Source of the DNA: an uncultured Nibricoccus sp.
Lineage (GTDB): Bacteria > Verrucomicrobiota > Verrucomicrobiia > Opitutales > Opitutaceae
Direction: 5' to 3'
DNA length: 64,000 bases
NCBI GenBank assembly: GCA_966249325.1
Contig: CBINDC010000006.1
Location: 107,165-171,164 of the forward strand
This document shows positions 59,967 to 64,000 of the stretch, piece after piece. The notes beneath the pieces are model-generated. The model made no database searches, was not told the origin of the DNA, and worked only from the letters and a program-made list of their open reading frames with translations. The position numbers were made by a program, and so were the translations under genes. Position 1 is the first letter of the stretch. Each line of letters opens with the position of its first letter.

Positions 59967-60685
59967 AGGGTGTTTCTCAGAATCAACAGCCGGCCTCATC
60001 CGGCGCGCGCGGCGGGGAATCTATCCGTTGCTCGCGGCTTGTGCGGTACCTCGGCGAAGGGGAGGGGCGCGTGCATGTGTTGCGGGAAGTTTCCTTTTCG
60101 GCGGCGCCGGCCACAGTCACGGCGATCGTCGGTCCTTCCGGTTGTGGCAAGAGCACGCTGCTCTATTTGTTGGGTCTGCTCGACCGGCCGGATGGCGGCG
60201 AGATTTGGATTGGCGGAAAGAATCTGGCCACGGCCAGCGATGAGCAGCGGACACAGACGCGCAACGAGCACATCGGCTTCGTTTTCCAGTTTCACTTCTT
60301 GATGCTGGAGTTTACGGCCTTGGAGAACGTCATGATCCCGATGCGCAAACTCGGTCGCTTGCGCCCGGCCGAGATGGTTGATCGCGCGAAGATGCTTCTC
60401 GATGCCGTTGGGCTCGGTGCGAAAACCCATCGCCTCGCCACACATTTATCGGGGGGTGAACAGCAGCGCGTCGCCATTGCCCGTGCGCTCGCCAACCAGC
60501 CGTCGATCCTGCTGGCCGACGAGCCGACGGGAAACCTGGACGTCAAAAACTCGGCGGTGGTTTTCGACCTCATGACCCGCCTCGCTCGAGAGCACGGGCA
60601 GGCGATCGTGTTGGTGACGCACAACCCCGACATCGCTCAGCGCTGCGATCTCACCCGGCCGATGCGCGACGGCGTGTTCGTCTAA
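59963..60685 (+). CDS. ABC transporter ATP-binding protein (MacB/LolD-type)
   Basis: Walker A GPSGCGKST, Q-loop, signature LSGGEQQRVAIARA, Walker B ILLADEPTGNLD. Confidence 0.9.
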   Translation: MKGVSQNQQPASSGARGGESIRCSRLVRYLGEGEGRVHVLREVSFSAAPATVTAIVGPSGCGKSTLLYLLGLLDRPDGGEIWIGGKNLATASDEQRTQTRNEHIGFVFQFHFLMLEFTALENVMIPMRKLGRLRPAEMVDRAKMLLDAVGLGAKTHRLATHLSGGEQQRVAIARALANQPSILLADEPTGNLDVKNSAVVFDLMTRLAREHGQAIVLVTHNPDIAQRCDLTRPMRDGVFV

Positions 60686-60888
60686 TTTTTCGCGATGTGG
60701 CACTCCGCAGCCGTCCCATTTGTGCGGACAGGATATGCGCACGATTTGACAGCCGATAAGTTGCGGCGAGCGCGGGAGATGGTCTCGCTTATTTTGGGGT
60801 CGAAAAAAATCCCGGTTACAAATTTGGGGTTTACAATCCATTCCTCGCGGCCTTCGCTCCGCTTCGACTTTAACTTTTTACGAAGAAC

Positions 60889-61075
60889 TGTGAGCACTCA
60901 TCACTCGCGAAAGAGTTTCTTTGCCAAGTTTCTAGGCCTGCTGGCTGCCGCCGGCATCGCGCCTAAGTTGCTGGCTAAATCTCCGTCCCCTGCGGCCGCT
61001 CCGGTTTCCGCATCCGCGCCGTTCCAACTGCGCACAGAGACGCGCGCCGTCGCTCGCACGAGCGATACTGTCTAA
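60889..61075 (+). CDS. possible small secreted protein (GTG start, ~62 aa) upstream of actA
   Basis: SRKSFFAKFLGLLAAAGIA resembles a signal/Tat-like leader. ORF only; may be non-coding. Confidence 0.2.
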
Positions 61076-61087
61076 CGCCTCCGGCTT

Positions 61088-61741
61088 ATGTCGCATATTT
61101 TCCCCAAGTCGGCCAACAAGCTGCCGCTCCAGATCATCATCTTCGTGTTGGTACTGGTCGGAGTCGTCACCGCCGCCACCACTTACTACGCAACGCCGAA
61201 GTACACACGCGTCGGATACGCGCCGGTTCAGCCCGTGCCGTTCAGCCACGCGCTCCACAACGGCCAGCTCGGCATCGATTGCCGTTACTGCCACATCGGT
61301 GTCGATAAAGGCGCCACGTCCACCGTCCCCACGGCACAGACGTGCATGAACTGCCACAACCAAATCAAGACCGACAGCCCGGCGCTCGCTCCGGTCCGAC
61401 AGAGCTTCGAATCCGGCGATCCCGTGAAGTGGGTGAAGATCCACCAAGTTCCGGACTACGTTTATTTCAATCACGCCGTTCACGTGAACCGCGGCATCTC
61501 GTGTGTCGAGTGCCACGGCCAGATCAATGAGATGGAAGTCGTGAAACATTCGAAGCCGCTCTCCATGGGCTTCTGCCTCGATTGCCATCGCGATCCCGCT
61601 TCCCACGTCCGCCCACTCGACCAGATCACCAACCTGAACTGGAAGCCCGAGCAGGCAGCCGAACACGCCAAGTGGGCCGCCGAATTCGTTAAGAACAACA
61701 AGATCACTCCTCCGCAGAGCTGCACCGGTTGCCATCGCTGA
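61088..61741 (+). CDS. actA: alternative complex III subunit ActA (membrane-anchored pentaheme cytochrome c)
   Basis: N-terminal TM helix and five CxxCH haem motifs (CRYCH, CMNCH, CVECH, CLDCH, CTGCH) in ~217 aa. Directly followed by an ActB-like gene. Confidence 0.8.
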   Translation: MSHIFPKSANKLPLQIIIFVLVLVGVVTAATTYYATPKYTRVGYAPVQPVPFSHALHNGQLGIDCRYCHIGVDKGATSTVPTAQTCMNCHNQIKTDSPALAPVRQSFESGDPVKWVKIHQVPDYVYFNHAVHVNRGISCVECHGQINEMEVVKHSKPLSMGFCLDCHRDPASHVRPLDQITNLNWKPEQAAEHAKWAAEFVKNNKITPPQSCTGCHR

Positions 61742-64000
61742 TGAAACGCAAAGTCCTCCATCCCGAACCCTCCCAAGCCGAGCAGCTGAACGGCCCGAAG
61801 TACTGGCGCAGCCTCGATGAGATGGCTGGCACGCCCGGCTTCAAGCAGCACCTCGAACGCGAGTTCCCCGAGGGCGCTTCGAACCTCGACGGCGTTGACC
61901 GCCGCGGCTTCTTCAAGCTCATGGCCGCTTCCTTCGCCCTCGGTGGCGTCGGTCTGGCCGCCGGTTGCCGCCGCCCGGAAGCTCACATCCTTCCCTACGG
62001 AAAATCCGTTGAAGGCGTTATCCCGGGCCTCCCGCTCTATTTCGCGACCGCGATGCCGATGCGCAAATCGGCCGTGCCCGTCATCGCCGAAACGCATCAA
62101 GGCCGCCCCACCAAGCTCGAAGGTAATCCGAGCTACGCGCCTTACGGTGGTGGTACTAATGCGTTCGTCCAAGCCTCGGTCCTCGATCTCTACGATCCAG
62201 ATCGCGCCACCACGCACACCATCGGTGGCTCTGCTGTCACGGTGGCCGCCGTTCAGGACAAACTCGCGGGCATCGGCAAAGCCTACGAAGCCTCGCAAGG
62301 CGCGGGTCTCGCTTTTCTCGCCGAAGAATCCGGTTCTCCCACACGCGCGGCTCTCGTCGCCCGTCTCAAGGCTAAGTTCCCCCGCGCTATCTGGGCCGAG
62401 TACGAACCCGTCAGCGACGTTCCTCCGCTTGCCGCCGCCCAGGCTGCATTCGGCAAAAACGTCCAGCCGCGTTACCAATTCGCCAAAGCCAAGCGCATCG
62501 TCTCGCTCGACGCTGATTTCTTCCACTCCGAGGCGGGCAGCCTGTTTTACTCCCGCGAATTCGCGAAGGGCCGTAAGGTCACTTCCGCGAAGGACGAGAT
62601 GAACCGCCTCTATGTTGTTGAGAGCGGCTTCACGCTCACCGGTGGCATGGCCGATCATCGCCTCCGCCTCGCCAGCAGCCACATGCTCGCGCTCGCCGCA
62701 GCATTGGCCGCCCAACTCGGCGACTCCTCGCTGGCCACGCTAGCCCAAGGACTTGATTTCAAGGACAAGGACAAGTGGATCGCCGCCTGTGCGAAAGACC
62801 TCGCCGATCATCGCGGCCAGTCGCTCGTCGTCGCCGGTGCGCACCTGCCTGTCGAAGTCCACGCCATCGTTTACGCGATAAACCTAGCACTCGGTAACGT
62901 CGGCCAGACGGTCGACTTCCTCGAAGTAGAAGCCGCTTCGGCTGCATCGATCAGCGATCTCGCTGCCGCCATCAAAGCCGGTTCGGTGAAGACCCTCGTC
63001 GTTCTCGGCGGTAACCCTGCTTACAACGCTCCCGCCGATCTCGATTGGGTCGCGCTCCAGAAGTCCGTCGGCGAAGTCGTTCGCCACGGTTACTACGTGG
63101 ACGAAACATCCGCAGTTGCTTCCGCGCACGTCGGCGCAACGCACTACCTCGAATCGTGGGGCGACGCCCGCACGGCCGACGGTACGATCGTCGCGGTGCA
63201 GCCGATGATCCTCCCGCTGTTCAACGGCCTTACCGAGCTCGAAGTCCTCGCCCGCATCACTGGCGAAGCGACGACCGATGCCTACTCGCTGGTTTCCCAG
63301 ACGATTACCGGACTCGCTGGCGGCGATGCATCGGATGCGTTCCGCAAGTTCCTTCACGACGGTGTCCTCGCTGGCAGCGGTTACCGCAAAGCGTCCGTCA
63401 GCCTCAGCGCCTCCGGTCTCGCGCGTCTCCTGAACAGCGCGCCGAAATATCCTGCTCTTTCGAAGGACAATCTCGAAGTGCGTTTTACCACCGACCAAAA
63501 AGTCGACGACGGCCGCTTCGCCAACAACGGCTGGCTCCAAGAATGCCCCGATCCGATCACCAAGATCGCGTGGGACAATGCCATCCTTATCAGCCCGCGC
63601 CTCGCGAACGAACTCGGTATTACTCCTAAAGGCTCTGTTCTTCAGGTTGCTCGTGTCGAGACCGCCGACTTTGAAATCGGCAAGGAAAACGCACATGTCG
63701 CCGAAATCACCATCGGCGGCCGCACAATCAAAGGCCCGCTGCATATCCAGCCAGGTCTCTCCAATTACACGTTGGTCGTCCCGCTCGGTTACGGTCGCAC
63801 CGTTTCCGGTCGCGTCGGCAAGGGCCAGGGCTTCAACGCCTATCCGCTCCGCACGACTTCCGGTCTGAACGTCGCCACCGGTGCCACGATCAAACTCACC
63901 GGCGAACGCTACAAACTCGCGAACACCCAGGAACACTGGTCGATGGAAGGCCGAGACATCGTTCGCGAAGCCAATCACGACGAGTACCAGAAGAATCCCG
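61741..64000 (+). CDS. actB: alternative complex III subunit ActB (Tat-exported molybdopterin-oxidoreductase-like / FeS subunit), 3'-partial at window edge
   Basis: ATG overlaps the actA stop (TGATGA). Twin-arginine signal RRGFFKLMAASFALGGVGLAAGC. I translated the frame by hand and it stays open for 753 codons to the window end. Not in the ORF track because no stop occurs in the window. Confidence 0.8.
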   Translation, partial: MKRKVLHPEPSQAEQLNGPKYWRSLDEMAGTPGFKQHLEREFPEGASNLDGVDRRGFFKLMAASFALGGVGLAAGCRRPEAHILPYGKSVEGVIPGLPLYFATAMPMRKSAVPVIAETHQGRPTKLEGNPSYAPYGGGTNAFVQASVLDLYDPDRATTHTIGGSAVTVAAVQDKLAGIGKAYEASQGAGLAFLAEESGSPTRAALVARLKAKFPRAIWAEYEPVSDVPPLAAAQAAFGKNVQPRYQFAKAKRIVSLDADFFHSEAGSLFYSREFAKGRKVTSAKDEMNRLYVVESGFTLTGGMADHRLRLASSHMLALAAALAAQLGDSSLATLAQGLDFKDKDKWIAACAKDLADHRGQSLVVAGAHLPVEVHAIVYAINLALGNVGQTVDFLEVEAASAASISDLAAAIKAGSVKTLVVLGGNPAYNAPADLDWVALQKSVGEVVRHGYYVDETSAVASAHVGATHYLESWGDARTADGTIVAVQPMILPLFNGLTELEVLARITGEATTDAYSLVSQTITGLAGGDASDAFRKFLHDGVLAGSGYRKASVSLSASGLARLLNSAPKYPALSKDNLEVRFTTDQKVDDGRFANNGWLQECPDPITKIAWDNAILISPRLANELGITPKGSVLQVARVETADFEIGKENAHVAEITIGGRTIKGPLHIQPGLSNYTLVVPLGYGRTVSGRVGKGQGFNAYPLRTTSGLNVATGATIKLTGERYKLANTQEHWSMEGRDIVREANHDEYQKNP

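Noticed and set aside
61480-63978. Two long minus-strand ORFs (411 aa and 364 aa) opposite actB
   Set aside because: Antisense to the continuous ActB frame, which has a Tat signal and immediately follows actA. Typical high-GC shadow ORFs.
1-64000. CRISPR arrays, insertion sequences, integrases, prophage genes
   Set aside because: No regularly spaced direct repeats of 25-40 bp and no transposase, integrase or phage structural ORFs in the six-frame track. The only repeats are the short elements reported above.

Overview
High-GC (~65-68%) bacterial chromosomal segment, densely coding, with about 60 supportable CDS. I found no rRNA, tRNA, CRISPR array, transposase or integrase. Gene content (type II glutamine synthetase, alternative complex III, flotillin) suggests a Verrucomicrobia- or Planctomycete-like Gram-negative genome, but I cannot verify taxonomy from this window. 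(1) 0-7.7 kb: the last ~60 codons of a DNA methyltransferase (restriction-modification/BREX type) run in from the left edge. They are followed by a PP2C phosphatase with an overlapping 149-aa minimal kinase-like gene, type II glutamine synthetase with a possible sigma-54 promoter, rlmN, an M20 peptidase, a cupin and pdxH. (2) 7.7-21 kb is a signalling island. It holds a PAS sensor kinase whose C-terminal receiver has Gln at the phospho-acceptor position, and two tandem paralogous chemoreceptors (MCPs) with cheW but no cheA/Y/B/R. It also holds a REC-PAS-HK-REC hybrid kinase and a ~1077-aa GAF-PAS-LOV-PAS-HisKA_2 blue-light sensor kinase. A 7-bp tandem duplication at 18547-18560 splits that reading frame. 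A REC-HK hybrid and a divergent OmpR/PhoB-family response regulator complete the island. Three Pho-box-like direct repeats (7-mer, 4-bp spacer, 7-mer) sit in the three promoter regions of this island; this is the most coherent candidate regulon in the window. (3) 21-39 kb: an O-antigen ligase-TPR fusion, a secreted FecR-like protein next to a CHASE2 adenylate/guanylate cyclase, ilvB, ymdB, accA, and an NfeD-flotillin-HExxH operon. It also has a cyclophilin, an aminotransferase and UDP-glucose dehydrogenase. An array of 9-bp AACRYYSAA boxes lies between the divergent ilvB and ymdB. (4) 39-54 kb: a glycan-assembly (LPS-core-like) cluster of four GT2 and three GT9 glycosyltransferases, an FkbM methyltransferase and an MsbA-like exporter. 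It is contiguous on one strand with oppA-oppB-oppC, which lack oppD/oppF. (5) 54-64 kb: a low-GC BamE-like gene, dapF, and a 212-aa ATPase whose Walker A, Walker B and H-loop catalytic residues are all substituted. These are followed by a TolC-HlyD-FtsX-ABC efflux system and the start of an alternative complex III operon (actA pentaheme cytochrome c, actB partial at the window edge). Many long ORFs in the six-frame track are antisense shadow frames of real genes and were not called.
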